The notes beneath the pieces were generated by a model. The model worked only from the letters and a program-made list of their open reading frames with translations. It was not told the DNA's origin and searched no databases. A stretch of DNA of 64,000 nucleotides from Octopus sinensis (Eukaryota), in contig NC_043002.1 in assembly GCF_006345805.1 (NCBI RefSeq), positions 67,332,001 to 67,396,000 of the forward strand. Direction: 5' to 3'. A program made the translations under genes and the position numbers. Of this stretch, positions 26,401-41,522 are shown piece after piece. Numbering within the stretch: position 1 is the stretch's first letter; each line of letters starts with the position of its first letter.

Positions 26401-27062
26401 GGAGTAACTCTCCACTCGCATAAATTCTACAAGGAATACGACCAAATCTGAGACACGTCGAATAATACTAATGATTTATTTGCTACAAGGATACGAAGAT
26501 ACAATAAACGTTAAAAACAATAGGATCACTGTACATCTAGGAGAAAATGTTTTATAAAAGCAGGAGGATAAGATTAGTCAATCATTTGATAAATAAAATA
26601 TAGAATATGTACAAAATTTCATGAAAAACAATAATTAAATCAAAGTCTCATTAAAGTCTATCCATCTAGATTAAGTCAGAGTTCTTTGTGTTTTGTCATC
26701 TTTACTCAGATGTTAAGAAGATCTAACGCCCTAAAAGAGATCATGTGTAGTTCGGATCTCAGAGCAAATCAGAAAGGGCCAATGTGTTGGTTGCTGTTAA
26801 ATTATAACATTTCCTTTACATTAATGCGCATCCTGTCTTTGATAAGCTCAACATAATGTGATTCCATGTCTTCGTTTATTTTCACATTTCGTTTTCTGGA
26901 CATTTAGATCGTCCATTGTTTGTTGCAAGGTCAGTGATTGATTGTCGCTTAGTTTTCTATATATCGCGAGCTGGGGCGAAATCCTGCGGTCTCTAGCAGC
27001 TGGGTGTTCACCACTGAAAATGGGAGGAAATAGCCTGAAACCGTTCGGTCTGATGGTCCCGT

Positions 27063-27392
27063 CGTCTACTGGAAGAAGGTAGGGGTTCGCTCCCCTGCTT
27101 GCAATATATACCGGGTGCGGATTGTATCGATAACCAGCTAGACGAGGCTTTTCCTGGGGGTTAAAACAGTAGTAACATCGGAGTCATATTCATGTGGCTA
27201 TAAACAATACTTTTAAAGCAGCGAGCTGGCAGAAACGTTAGCACGCCGGGTGAAGTGCTTAGCCGTATTTCGTCTGCCGCTACATTCTAAGTTCAAATTC
27301 CGCCGAGGTCGACTTTGCCTTTCGTCCTTTCGGGGTCGATATAATCGACTTAATCCGTTTGTCTGTCCTTGTTTGTTCCCTCTGTGTTTAGC
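27063..27392 (+). repeat. Dispersed duplication unit (about 155-bp flank plus SINE C), copy 1
   Basis: Near-identical to 29077-29438. Confidence 0.85.
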
Positions 27393-27549
27393 AGAGTGAC
27401 TGTGTGGTAAGAAGCTTGCTTCCCAACCACATGGTTCCGGGGTGCAGTCCCACTGCGTGGCACCTTGGGTAAGTGTCTTTTACTATAGCCTCGGGCCGAC
27501 CAGAGTCTTGTGAGTGGATTTGGTGGACGGAAACTGAAAGGAGCCCGTC

Positions 27550-27635
<86 letters not shown>

Positions 27636-27870
27636 ATATATATATGTATGTGTGTGTATATGCTTGTATGTCTTATTTGTCCCCCCAACATCACTTGACA
27701 ACCGATGGTAGTGCGTTTAAGTTCCCGTAACTTAGCGGTTCGGCAAAAAGAGACCGATAGAATAAGTACAAGGCTTACAAAGAATAAGTCCTGGGGTCCA
27801 TTTATTCGACTAAAGGTGGTGCTCCAGCAAGGCCGCTGTTAAATTACTGAAACAAGTAAAAGAGTAAAAG
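27391..27870 (+). mobile_element. SINE family A with expanded (TA)n
   Basis: Family match. Confidence 0.85.
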
Positions 27871-28599
27871 AAAAAACGAACGTATTTATCTGTGAACGTG
27901 ATTTGTATGTAGTATGAACACACGTACCACATGAACGTAAATAAACGTACATAAGGAAAGGTTATTTAAAATTCTGTATTAAGAGAGAATATTTGTCAGA
28001 CTTTCATTAGGTTTTACGCTAAATTTTGAATAAATGAAACGTTGACATTCAGAATTATCTCCCTTGCATCGGTTAAGACTTGTCGTACAGAGTGTTGTCC
28101 CTTGAATTATTGTAATATTTGAAAATTGTCCCTTTTCTCTGTTTTCTTTTTACAGAAGTCAACGAAGGAATTTCTGCACGCCGAACCGACCAACTAGAAA
28201 AATCAATCAAAATAAATATTCCCCCGCTAAGATAAGGAGATACTGAACAATATGATTCTCAGATACTAAGTCAAAGAGAAGTGTGTGTGTTCAAAAATTT
28301 ATAGAAGTACAAATAAAGGGAACAAACGGAAAAGATGTACACAGATTGTTGCTAAATCCTCTTCAGTTACCGCCCAAAGAATCGTAACAATTTCACGCAT
28401 GCATGAATGCATGTATGTATGTATGTATGTATGTATGTATGTATGTATGTATGTATGTATGTATGTATGTATGTATGTATGTATTCACGCAAATATACAC
28501 AACACACTCAGTGACACATTTATTAGTCTCCGTCCAACATTTATTTATTGGATTCCCTTCACAATTGATGCTCAGCAGGACCCAGCTGTACATTGTTAT

Positions 28600-28990
28600 C
28601 AGTTCGATGTTTTGCTGTGTCGTCTCATGTGGGAATACAGACCTATCTTGGACGTTGAAGTTGTGGTCAACGTCACCTGAGGGTAGCTGGAACTTGGTTC
28701 TACACTAGGCTATTTCCTTCTTGACAGTATTGATCTTGGTTCCTCTAAGATTGGAGATGGCTTGGTAGCACAAGTTCCTCTACTGCACTTTATTCAGTGT
28801 TACCAATTCCCATGTCTTTAGATTTATCTTTCAGGTTTTCAAATAGGTCTTCAGAGTATCCTTATAACAGAGCGGTGGAAGGGGAGCTTGGTTTCTGTCA
28901 CCAGAGTTAAACTTACTATAAAAGAGGTCTTTGGTTAAAGGAATGCCTTCCATGCGTACTATGTGACCGACCCATCTCAATCACACTTTT
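28600..28990 (-). mobile_element. RTE (BovB-like) LINE 3' fragment
   Basis: LRWVGHIVRMEGIP..KDLFY, YKDTLK, IGLYSHMRRH across frames. Confidence 0.8.
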
Positions 28991-29076
28991 ATAAAGAATT
29001 CTCTGGGCCTAGAATGCCACGCAACGTGCTCATCATTTCTCAAGCATCTCAGAAGGCGGTGAGCTGGATAAGGCCG

Positions 29077-29465
29077 CGTCTACTGGAAGAAGGTAGGGGT
29101 TTGCTCCCCTACTTGCAATATATACCGGGTGCGGATTGCATCGATAACCAGCTAGACGAGGCTTTTCCTGGGGGTTAAAACAGTAGTAACGTCGAAGTCA
29201 TATTCATGTGGCTATAAACAATACTTTTAAAGCAGCGAGCTTGCAGAAACGTTAGCGCGCCGGGTGAAGTGCTTAGCGGTATTTCGTCTACCGCTACATT
29301 CTGAGTTCAAATTCCGCCGAGGTCGACTTTGCCTTTCATCCTTTCGAGGTCGATAAATTAAGTACCAGTTACGCACTGTGGTCGATGTAATCGACTTAAT
29401 CTCTTTGTCTGTCCTTGCTTATCCCCTCTATGTTTAGCCCCTTGTGGGCAATAAAGAAATAAGAA
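29077..29465 (+). repeat. Dispersed duplication unit (flank plus SINE C), copy 2
   Basis: Near-identical to 27063-27392. Confidence 0.85.
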
Positions 29466-29877
29466 GGCATTACTCACATAGATTCTTTCAAGTGCTAAAC
29501 TAAGTGGTAGAGTTCACACTTCCCAACAACACTGAAAATTTCATTCGCATAGAATATTTCCAAGGTAAGATAGTGTTGCAGAAAAGTGCGTATCTAAGCC
29601 ATATTGACAGAAGCAATCAAATTCAAAAGTAAAACCCATTTTATTTTACAGTGGTCCCGTGGTTCTCAGTGGTGAACCATAGCACTTATTGTAATTACTC
29701 CTCGATATGTTAGTGGACCTTTGAATGAAAGATGAATTAGTAAAGTGCGCATCACAATAATCCACACATATATACATGTGTGTGTGTGCGAGAGAGAGAG
29801 GGAGAGAGAAAGAGTGCGCGCTCGCGTGCGTGCATGCATCATGCATACATGCATAAATACATACATACATACATACA

Positions 29878-29908
<31 letters not shown>

Positions 29909-30413
29909 GTACACGTATTCGTATATATACATACATACAGTACATAATGAGAAATTTGTTTCGGCGACAAAATTCTGCAGCGAATGCTTTCCAGGCTCTA
30001 ACGTAAAAATAAATGCACACATCTTAATTTTGATCCTCACTGCTTCGTATGCTTATATTAAATTAATTCCAGCTTAGCCAACTTCAACGAATCCCAGCAG
30101 ACGTATAATTTACCGTTTTGTATACATAGGAACAGAAGTTCCAGTTTGATTTTAAACGACCAAGGCGGTACTTATCACTGAGGAGGTAGGATCAGGCTAA
30201 AACACTGACGTAATTTGGTGTTCGGCTTGTTTATACTAGTTTATACAAAGAAATGTTTCCGTCTTAAAGACCTGGAGAAAAAATCAGAGTGAATGCTTTT
30301 TACGTTTTGTGTGTATGTATATGTAGATGTGACATACAAGAAGTATATGAAATCCAGATGCTCGTGCACATACACACACACAAACGTACCTACACTCAGT
30401 GCATATTCTAAAG

Positions 30414-30688
30414 CAGTGGTTCCCAAAATTTTTCAGATTGCCACCTCTATGACACCCAGGCCACATTCCTAGCTCCCCCACCCCAACTAACCATCACAAG
30501 CTTAGACCTCTTTCTGAAGCAAATTCAAAGCAATTGTATTTCAAACATAAAACTTAACCTAATGAACCCATTATTTTGTTGTTTTTACATGAATCGCTAC
30601 CCCATTATCACCCCACTTTTCTTCAACGCCCCCTTGGAACTTTCCATCGCCCCCAGAGGGGCAATACCACCCAGTTTGGGAAACACTG
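30414..30688. mobile_element. hAT/Charlie-like MITE
   Basis: TIRs CAGTGGTTCCCAAA / TTTGGGAAACACTG; imperfect 8-bp TSD ttctaaag / ttctgaaa. Confidence 0.85.
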
Positions 30689-31365
30689 TTCTGAAACATC
30701 ATGACTGAAAAACATTGCTATTGAAGTAGACACACTTTCTAAGAGTCATACCTAAATTAGTGGTAGATCCTTTACAACAGATCCATTTGTGGTGAGTTCC
30801 CTCTAACAACCTTTATATGCTCAATATCATAAAATAGACTGAAAATATAGCAACAAAATATTAACAAAAAAAGAGCCTTAATTAAATTAACAGGCAAATC
30901 TAAAACGAATAATCAAATCGAAAAAACGCCTCCCCATCAAATAATAACGTATGAAGATGCAGAAAAATAGCAACCAATCATTAAAGACAAAATGGACCCA
31001 ATGGACAAATACAAGCAATGATACAATATTCAGAACGAATAAAAATAGATTGTCAAAGATTGAGTTGTAACAGTTCTGGCCTGAAAATCGCAATGACATG
31101 AAACTCGAATCACGAGATCAATATTCAATTCCTATAAACGTTTTGCAGTAAAATGTATTTAGCACTACTCTCCGACACATTTCATTGCTCGTAGACATAC
31201 ATACATACATACATACATACATACATACATACATACATACATACGTACGTACGTACGTATGGATTAATATGCATGGATTAATATGTACGTATGCATTTAT
31301 GTATAAATATGTATGTGTGCGTGACTGTATATTCGCACACACACACATACACACACAAACACACA

Positions 31366-32062
<697 letters not shown>

Positions 32063-32113
32063 AGATATATATATGTCTCTATACATATATATATATATAT
32101 ACATATGTATATG

Positions 32114-32160
<47 letters not shown>

Positions 32161-32167
32161 TATATAC

Positions 32168-32258
<91 letters not shown>

Positions 32259-32277
32259 ATATATATATATATATATA

Positions 32278-32345
<68 letters not shown>

Positions 32346-33084
32346 TATATACATATATATATATACATGTATATATATATATATATACATGTATATATAT
32401 ATATATATACATATATATACATGTATATATATATATATATATAATTATTTATAAAAAAATATGGTAAAGTAAAAAAATTCACTCAACCACCCCAACCCTT
32501 CATATATATATATACATATATACATGTATATATTATATATACAGATGGCGCTGAATTACAACAAGTGTGTTACGTGTCTCTCCTAAATATTAAAGAAGTC
32601 CTTCCAGAGATCGATGTTATCAGAAGCGAAATTGTCTCAAAGCGAATATAAGTGAGAGTACAACAAGTCACTGTATTTGAGAAGAATATTTTCGCTTTGA
32701 TATAGTATTTGCAACTAGAACATCCTCGCGAATACACGTGTTAAAACGCACGTGTGTTACTTCCCGAAATCGAAGTGAATTTTATTCTTCGTCTGTGAAT
32801 CAACAAGACACAGTATTTTTGAGAAGGATATTTTCGTTTTTGATGTATATCTGCGTGTTCTGAAAAAAGCCTCTGAAAAATTTGTTGCTTAATACCAAAT
32901 CGCTTAGGAAAATACAGAAAGTATCGTCAAACTGTTGCATGTGCTAAATCGAAACTCAGATCCCTTTTGTTTACAAAATACGATTAAGGAATATAAAAGG
33001 TCTGTCTTGTCTATCTATCTTCCTTTCTTATAAAAAGGAATCATGTAAGTACTCTCTCAGCCGGTAAGGTAAGGAAGATATTAT

Positions 33085-33396
33085 TTATTTTGTTATCATT
33101 AGTGTTCTTTCAAACAGAAAATAATAATAAAAAAAAAAAAAGATATAAAAATATAAAAATACGCGCTATTCTATTTTTATAATCTTTATAATTTCGCCCT
33201 CCGTGCCTGTCACGCACTCTCTCTTTCTCTTTCTTACATTTCTATTTCTATCTCTCTCATACATTTTTATTATTTGTTATCATTAGTGTTCTTTCAAACA
33301 GAAAATAATAATTAAAAAGATATAAAAATACGCGCTATTCTATCTTTATAATCTCTCCTTCTCTTTCTTACATTTCTATTTCTATCTCTCTCATAC
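33085..33396. repeat. Imperfect direct duplication of about 180 bp next to the gap
   Basis: ttgttatcattagtgttctttcaaacagaaaataata...cttacatttctatttctatctctctcataca occurs twice. Confidence 0.8.
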
Positions 33397-33443
33397 AGTT
33401 TATACCTTATCTGTCTCCCCATCCACCAGACCCTCTATTTCCG

Positions 33444-33543
33444 NNNNNNNNNNNNNNNNNNNNNNNNNNNNNNNNNNNNNNNNNNNNNNNNNNNNNNNNN
33501 NNNNNNNNNNNNNNNNNNNNNNNNNNNNNNNNNNNNNNNNNNN
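33444..33543. other. Assembly gap, 100 N
   Basis: Read directly. Confidence 1.
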
Positions 33544-36500
33544 CATGAAGTCAGATTGCATCTTCTGATGTAACCGGGTTTAAAATTAACTAAGGAGGCC
33601 GGTCTCGGAAAAAATCCCTCTGCCAACGGACTCCACACCTTATCACCTTCCAGGTGGTGCCAGAGATGTCTTAGTCTCAACGCATGTCTGCGCATCATCA
33701 ACCAAGGCATCCCTAACCCACCCTTTAACGGTTCTTGACAGCACACGGAGCGTCTCACAAGTGGCTTTCCTCCTTTCCACAAGAAGCGGAAGAGGGCTCG
33801 TTCCAACTTGTTAAGCCATGAGTCGGGGCAAGGGACGACGGTCAGGCGGTAGGTGATTACGGATGCAATAAACATCTGCACCACCTCCGCCCTTCCTTTC
33901 AAGGACAGAGACCTTCCGGACCAGGTCCGTATTATGGCCTCCACCTTGCCCGTCACCTCGCTCCAGTTCTTCTCCGTTTGGGAGTCCGGTCCAAACCAGA
34001 CTCCCAGCAACTTACATAACAGGGCCATCCGTCCAGTGTCCCACAACACTGGACAATATCGGCTTGTTCCTCCAGGTGCCGAGGCGCAAGCCGACTGATT
34101 TGTCCCTGTTAACCTTTGCTCCTGCCACCGCCTCGTATCCTCTGATAGCCTCCTCTACACCAGGTAGTTGGGCCTCTTGGACACGATGAGGGTGATGTCA
34201 TCCGCATAGGCAGTACGACCTCCCCCCCTCCGATCCGATTCCATCTGAGTTACTCCCCAGCCTCTCCAACCTTCGCAGTAGTGGCTCGAGAGCCAATACG
34301 TACAAAAGTGGTGACAAGGGGCACCCCTGACGTACTGAACATTCGATCGAAAACGGTTCTGTTAGGTAACCGTTTATCTGGACGGTGGACTTGATGCCGC
34401 TGTACATAGCGGAGATCCACCGCGGAATTCGGGACCCAGTCCGGTCGCTTCGAGGGCCGCCGCCAGGTACCCATGGTCTACCCTATCGAAGGCTTTACTT
34501 TGGTCCAAGTGGACCATTACCCCACCTTTGCCGGTTATTTTACCCACCCTATCTAAGGTGTAGCGTATAAGGTGAAGGTTGTCCTGGATCGACCTGCCTG
34601 GAATTGCACATGTCTGTGCTCTCCCTACAAGTTTCTCCACGACAACCGTCAACCTTTTTGCTAACACCTTGGCCAAAATCTTTAACTCTACATTAAGTAG
34701 AGTTATGGGCCTGTAGTTACTAATCATATCCCCTTTGCTCGGGTCTTTCTGGATTAGCGTCACCACTCCCCGGCTTACAGAACTGGGAATTCTCCCGTTC
34801 TGCTGCCAGTTCGTGTAGACGCCTGCCAGTATTCCCCCGAACAAATCCGGCATATTTTGGTAAAACTCGTAGGGCAGACCATCCAGCCCCGGCGATTTCT
34901 CCCCGGCGCACTCGGCCAGCACTTCCCTTATTTCCGCGGGAGTGATCGCTCCCTCACAGCACTCCGCCTCACGCCCCGCGAGCCGCGGCCCGCCGGCCAG
35001 GAAGTCCCTTAAGGCACTCCCCCGGTCCAGCGGGCCACCACCCCCGAACGCGCGCGCGAAATGCTGGTGAAGAAACTTTTGCATCTCCTCCTGTCCATAG
35101 ATCTTTGTCCCTGTTCGCCAGTCAAAGATTTTATTGAGGCTCTGTTGCCTCTCTTACTCTCCACACGACGGGCCCATCCGGCTACGTTAACACCTTCTCG
35201 TTTCCCGGCGCGCAGCTTAGCTCTGACTCTGCAACCTTCGTGTTTGGAGTCAAGGTGTCGGTACAATACCGTCCTTGCCGCCAGTACTCCGGATGCAGAG
35301 CCAGCTTCCATTGCCTCGTCTAGCTTCTTAACTAAATCGCCCTCTAGACTAGCCCTATCTGTCCTTATCTGATTGCTAAATCTAACGGACTCTAATCGAA
35401 TGGCTCTTTTGAGGGCGTGCCACCATCTATTGTTAATGACGGTGCCGCACAATGCCCTCTGAACTAACTCCTTAATCCGGGTACGGAAGTCTTCACAATT
35501 CAAAATAGCCTTGTTCAGCTTCCAGTACCCGGGTCCCTGTCTATGACACTTGTCTAATTGCACCTCACACGTCACAACTTGTGATCCGAGTAAGGTACAA
35601 TATGAAATTGTGGACAACTAAACGTATCCTTATCTCTTTTTTATAATTATCCTATCTAGGTACGATCTGTGTGAGCCGTCGTTGTTACTCCACGTCCACT
35701 GTGGAACGCTCGGCTCATCCAGTCGGTAACGGTCCACTAGATCAAAGCTCTCCAGTAGACCCTTGAGGCTAGGATTCCCTTTCTATTAGTTGAGCCAACA
35801 CTGTCGATGTGCGCTTCAAGGACAGTGTTAAAGTCCCCTACTAGTATTACTGTTTTCGACGTCGCCAGAAAGGGCTCCAGGCTTCGAAAGAAACCCGACT
35901 GTCTACCCTCGTTCGGGGCGTAGACAGCTACCAACCTGAAGGACTGTTTACTTGCGTGAGTCACATCCAGGACAACCAGCCTGCCTTCTGGGTCCAGAAA
36001 GACAGTACTTACCTGCAAGTCCAAGCTCTTCCTGATGAAGACTGCCACGCCTCTTCCTCTTCCTCGGCTAGGAGAAATAAATTTCTCGAACCCATTTAGA
36101 AGAGGTGAGAACGCTTGGGTCTCGCTCATCTTGGACTCGGTTACGATAGCAACATCTATACCGTGTGTCGTGAGGTCGTTCAGGAAACAAATTTGTTTCC
36201 ATTTCGACCCCATTCCACGTATGTTTATACAGCCCAGCTTGGCCATTGTGGGCGAGGGAGGAAAATAATTATACTCACGGTTTGAAAGGGAGCACGGCGG
36301 TCTGATTTTGCCTGCTTCCCTTTCTTCCGCTACTGCAGGGCCTTTGACCGGCGTTGCCACTGGGCTCTGGGTTGGTGTGGTTGCCGGGGTTATTGTTAGT
36401 TTTCCTTCTAACACCTCTTTGGTGACATCTCTTATTAGGCGGTTCTTCAGGTGTTCCTGAAGAACCTCCTCCTTCCATTCGTTCTCGCCTACCTTGGCGA

Positions 36501-37894
36501 AGCGCGCAATTGCTTTTCCATCTGAGGTTCTGCTATACAGCATGAACCTCGACAGTTTGCAGCATTTGTAAACTTTTTCGTTTTTTTCATCAAACGCAAT
36601 TATTTTTTCATTTTTCAATAAACATTTTTTAGGATCTTGTTTTACGGGGAGGGGCTTGGCAAACTGTTTTCCAATGAAAACAGTGCCGTGGGGGGTAGGG
36701 TTGGGGGATTTGTTTAATGTGGTGTGTCTGCAGTGTTAGTTGTTTTTTTCCTTGTTTGGGGAGGGGAGTCCAGGGTATTTTCTTTTTTCCTTTTGTGCGT
36801 AACTTGGGTGTATTCCATCGGTTCTATTTGGTCTATTTTTGCTTCCGTATTTGTCTTGGTCGTTTTGTTGTTCTTCTTAGCTTCCTCTCCCTCCGCATTG
36901 GGTACACTTGGAGGGGCCGCATCTTCTGTTCTTTTTTTCCTGATGCAATTGGAACGGACGTGACCCTTTTCTCCCACTTGAAGCATCTGGGTCTTCGTCC
37001 TTCCACCGACACTCTCATGGACGTGCCATCCTCGTTAAAAATCCTGTCAGGCAGGCTCTCCAAGATCTTGTTCTCTGCCTGTACGAGGAGCTCCAGAGTC
37101 TGACCCCTCCAACGTACCGCTTCCTTCCTTCTCATTTGCAGTATGTTCATTTCGCGTTCCACATCATGTAAGACCGCCGCTGCTACCCACATGGTGTCGT
37201 ATCCTCTGGGTATGTCTTCAACCGTTACCTTTGCGGTTCTCTTCCCCATATACGAGGGTAGCAGCATGATGTCGTCGTTTTTAAGGGTCAACGACGACAC
37301 CTCCTTCGCCACCTCTGCCGTGTCAAAGTGTGCCTCGATCGTGGCACTTCGTGCACCTCTCACTATATGGCGATTTTATCCCACACCGGGGCCAAGCATT
37401 TCTCAACGGTTTCGTTTTTTACTTCCATGATCTTTTTTTCTTTAAAGTTGTACACTTTATAGATTACGATCTTTTCCTTAATTTCTTGCACCTTCGCTTG
37501 CGGCGGCACAAGCCTTATTTCTCCTCCTTCTAGTTTTACCAAATTCCTATATTCGTACAGTTGTTCAATCTTGAATTCTATCTCCAACATGGCGCCGCCC
37601 ACCGCGGCCGAGAATGATTGCCTGGGTACTTGATTTTCCTCTTTTTCACCTTTTCCCATCACGGGAAAGTCCTCCTTCGACGTCAGGTCGAACTCCATCT
37701 CTGAAAGTTACCTTTAAGGTAACAAGAATATGGTTAGTACAAAATTTTCTGCCCCGTAGGGCGAAAATTATCGTTTTACGACGGGTACTGTTCAGAACAG
37801 TTTACACAAACAATGATATTATAACTTCGAATTCTCTCAAATAGCAGCAGCAATTTCTCACAACGCAAAACGCAAAAAAAATCTACACAAATTT
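33544..37894 (-). mobile_element. L1/Tx1-clade LINE, copy 1 (5' end intact, 3' end lost in the gap)
   Basis: ORF1 from 37698 with a CCHC knuckle; ORF2 from 36246 with APE (INIRG, GDFN) and RT (YRPITLLN, DQSKAFDRV, VRQGCPLSP); many 1-nt frameshifts. Confidence 0.95.
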
Positions 37895-38136
37895 TATCTC
37901 TTTATTACAATTATAAAAATTAATACATAGAAAGGACGAATACAGGACATACATACATACAAGAAAATTTAAGAGAATCGATTAAAAAAGTTTCGTTTGT
38001 ATTCGTTATAAGTAATAGTTTTTACGTAACTCGTGTTACAAACACTTGTAGCTGACCTTTGTGATTTTACTGGAGTTTTCACACCCCGGCAATTGTTGAG
38101 GCCCTGCAGCTTCCACTTCCTCTCTCTCCTCCATGG

Positions 38137-41100
38137 TCAAGCTGGCCTTCTCGTACCCACCTTTCTTTCCACTTCCTTCCATCTATTCGCATACACTCCC
38201 CGCGGCAGGGTCCTCCTCTCCAGTCCCATCTTGCTTCTCAGATGATATCTGAAGTAGGTGAGCAAGCCGGGCCCGGAGACAAATGACCCTGTCGCGGTTC
38301 CTTCCATTCTCGTTCTCCACATGCATTCCTTTACCACTGCAACCGTGCAGTGAAAACATGCCTCACCTTCCTTCGAGAGTCCAGTTGGCGGTATCATCTT
38401 AATCATAGACTCAGCCGACAGCTGTACTCGTCCCAGATGCGATAACACGTGTTCTGCGTAACTTATCAAGTCGTTCAACTTCCGACAATGAAAAAAAGCG
38501 TGCTGAACGGTTTCATCGTCCAGCCCGCATCTTAGACACGTCGGTGGCACTGGAACTCCGTGCCGTGATAACTTTTCGCGAACAGGTAAAGCATTCCTGT
38601 AGCACTGCCAAGCCAGGGATCTTTGGAAATTATCCAAATACCCCGACCTGAACGTTTTCTTAAACAGATTGGCAAGCTGGTTTTCATCAAACCCCAGAGC
38701 CCCTCCTAGGACGTCATCGTTTTTACCTTCTACCAGCCCTCTATAAAATACCGAGGTGGTATTTCCGCAGCCGGCCTTGCCCGTCCTGTGGATCAGCGTG
38801 AGTGCCTGTCGGCACTCCTTTTGCCATGAAGTCAGATTGCATCTATCTTCTGATGTAACCGGGTTTAAATTAACTAAGGAGGCCGGTCTCGGAAAAAATC
38901 CCTCTGCCAACGGACTCCACACCTTATCACCTTCCAGGTGGTGCCAGAGATGTCTTAGTCTCAACGCATGTCTGCGCATCATCAACCAAGGCATCCCTAA
39001 CCCACCCTTTAACGGTTCTTGACAGCACACGGAGCGTCTCACAAGTGGCTTTCCTCCTTTCCACAAAAAGCGGAAGAGGCTCGTTCCATCTTGTTAAGCC
39101 ATGAGTCGGGGCAAGGGACGACGGTCAGGCGGTAGGTGATTACGGATGCAATAAACATCTGCACCACCTCCGCCCTTCCTTTCAAGGACAGAGACCTTCC
39201 GGACCAGGTCCGTATTATGGCCTCCACCTTGCCCGTCACCTCGCTCCAGTTCTTCTCCGTTTGGGGAGTCCGGTCCAAACCAGACTCCCAGCAACTTAAC
39301 AGGGCCATCCGTCCAGTGTCCCACAACACTGGACAATATCGGCTTGTTCCTCCAGGTGCCGAGGCGCAAGCCGACCGATTTGTCCCTGTTAACCTTTGCT
39401 CCTGCCACCGCCTCGTATCCTCTGATAGCCTCCTCTACACCAGGTAGTTGGGCCTCCTTGGACACGATGAGGGTGATGTCATCCGCGTAGGCAGTGACCG
39501 ACCTCCCACCTCCGATTCCATCTGAGTTACTCCCCAGCCTCTCCAACCTTCGCAGTAGTGGCTCGAGAGCCAATACGTACAAAAGTGGTGACAAGGGGCA
39601 CCCCTGACGTACTGAACATTCGATCGAAAACGGTTCTGTTAGGTAACCGTTTATCTGGACGGTGGACTTGATGCCGCTGTACATAGCGGAGATCCACCCG
39701 CGGAATTCGGGACCCAGTCCGGTCGCTTCGAGGACCGCCGCCAGGTACCCATGGTCCACCCTATCGAAGGCTTTACTTTGGTCCAAGTGGACCATTACCC
39801 CACCTTTGCCGGTTATTTTACCCACCCTATCTAAGGTGTAGCGTATAAGGTGAAGGTTGTCCTGGATCGACCTGCCTGGAATTGCACATGTCTGTGCTCT
39901 CCCTACAAGTTTCTCCCACGACGACCGTCAACCTTTTTGCTAACACCTTGGCCAAAATCTTTAACTCTACATTAAGTAGAGTTATGGGCCTGTAGTTACT
40001 AATCATATCCCCTTGCTCGGGTCTTTCTGGATTAGCGTCACCACTCCCCGGCTTACAGAACTGGGAATTCTCCCGTTCTGCTGCCAGTTCGTGTAGACGC
40101 CTGCCAGTATTCCCCCGAACAAATCCGGCATATTTTGGTAAAACTCGTAGGGCAGACCATCCAGCCCCCGATTTCTCCCCGGCGCACTCGGCCAGCACTT
40201 CCCTTATTTCCGCGGGAGTGATCGCTCCCTCACAGCACTCCGCCTCACGCCCCGCGAGCCGCGGCCCGCCGGCCAGGAAGTCCCTTAAGGCACTCCCCCG
40301 GTCCGGGCCACCACCCCCCGAACGCGCGCGCGAAATGCTGGTGAAGAAACTTTTGCATCTCCTCCTGTCCATAGATCTTTTGTCCCTGTTCGCCAGTCAA
40401 AGATTTTATTGAGGCTCTGTTGCCTCTCTTACTCTCCACACGACGGGCCCATCCGGCTACGTTAACACCTTCTCGTTTCCCGGCGCGCAGCTTAGCTCTG
40501 ACTCTGCAACCTTCGTGTTTGGAGTCAAGGTGTCGGTACAATACCGTCCTTGCCGCCAGTACTCCGGATGCAGAGCCAGCTTCCATTGCCTCGTCTAGCT
40601 TCTTGACTAAATCGCCCTCTAGACTAGCCCTATCTGTCCTTATCTGATTGCTAAATCTAACGGACTCTAATCGAATGGCTCTTTTGAGGGCGTGCCACCA
40701 TCTATTGTTAATGACGGTGCCGCACAATGCCCTCTGAACTAACTCCTTAATCCGGGTACGGAAGTCTTCACAATTCAAAATAGCCTGTTCAGCTTCCAGT
40801 ACCCGGGTCCCTGTCTATGACACTTGTCTAATTGCACCTCACACGTCACAAACTTGTGATCCGAGTAAGGTACAATATGAAATTGTGGACAACTAAACGT
40901 ATCCTTATCTCTTTTTTTTATAATTATCCTATCTAGGTACGATCTGTGTGAGCCGTCGTTGTTACTCCACGTCCACTGTGGAACGCTCGGCTCATCCAGT
41001 CGGTAACGGTCCACTAGATCAAAGCTCTCCAGTAGACCCCTGAGGCTAGGATTCCCCTTTCTATTAGTTGAGCCAACACTGTCGATGTGCGCTTCAAGGA

Positions 41101-41522
41101 CAGTGTTAAAGTCCCCTACTAGTATTACTGTTTTCGACGTCGCCAGAAAGGGCTCCAGGCTTCGAAAGAAACCCGACTGTCTACCCTCGTTCGGGGCGTA
41201 GAGCTACCAACCTGAAGGACTGTTTACTTGCGTGAGTCACATCCAGGACAACCAGCCTGCCTTCTGGGTCCAGAAAGACAGTACTTACCTGCAAGTCCAA
41301 GCTCTTCCTGATGAAGACTGCCACGCCTCTTCCTCTTCCTCGGCTAGGAGAAATAAATTTCTCGAACCCATTTAGAAGAGGTGAGAACGCTTGGGTCTCG
41401 CTCATCTTGGACTCGGTTACGATAGCAACATCTATACCGTGTGTCGTGAGGTCGTTCAGGAAACAAATTTGTTTCCATTTCGACCCCATTCCACGTATGT
41501 TTATACAGCCCAGCTTGGCCAT
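38137..41522 (-). pseudogene. LINE ORF2 (APE endonuclease, RT, C-terminal zinc finger), frameshifted in this assembly
   Basis: MAKLGCINIRG, SYLDRI, YSDHK, YRPITLLNVELKILAK, LDQSKAFD, QGCPLSP, AYADD, CLRCGLDDETVQHAFFHC. Confidence 0.93.

Noticed and set aside
28130-28260. Strong plus-strand acceptor (ttttcttttttacag| at 28155)
   Set aside because: All frames close within about 30 codons and no partner exon was found.
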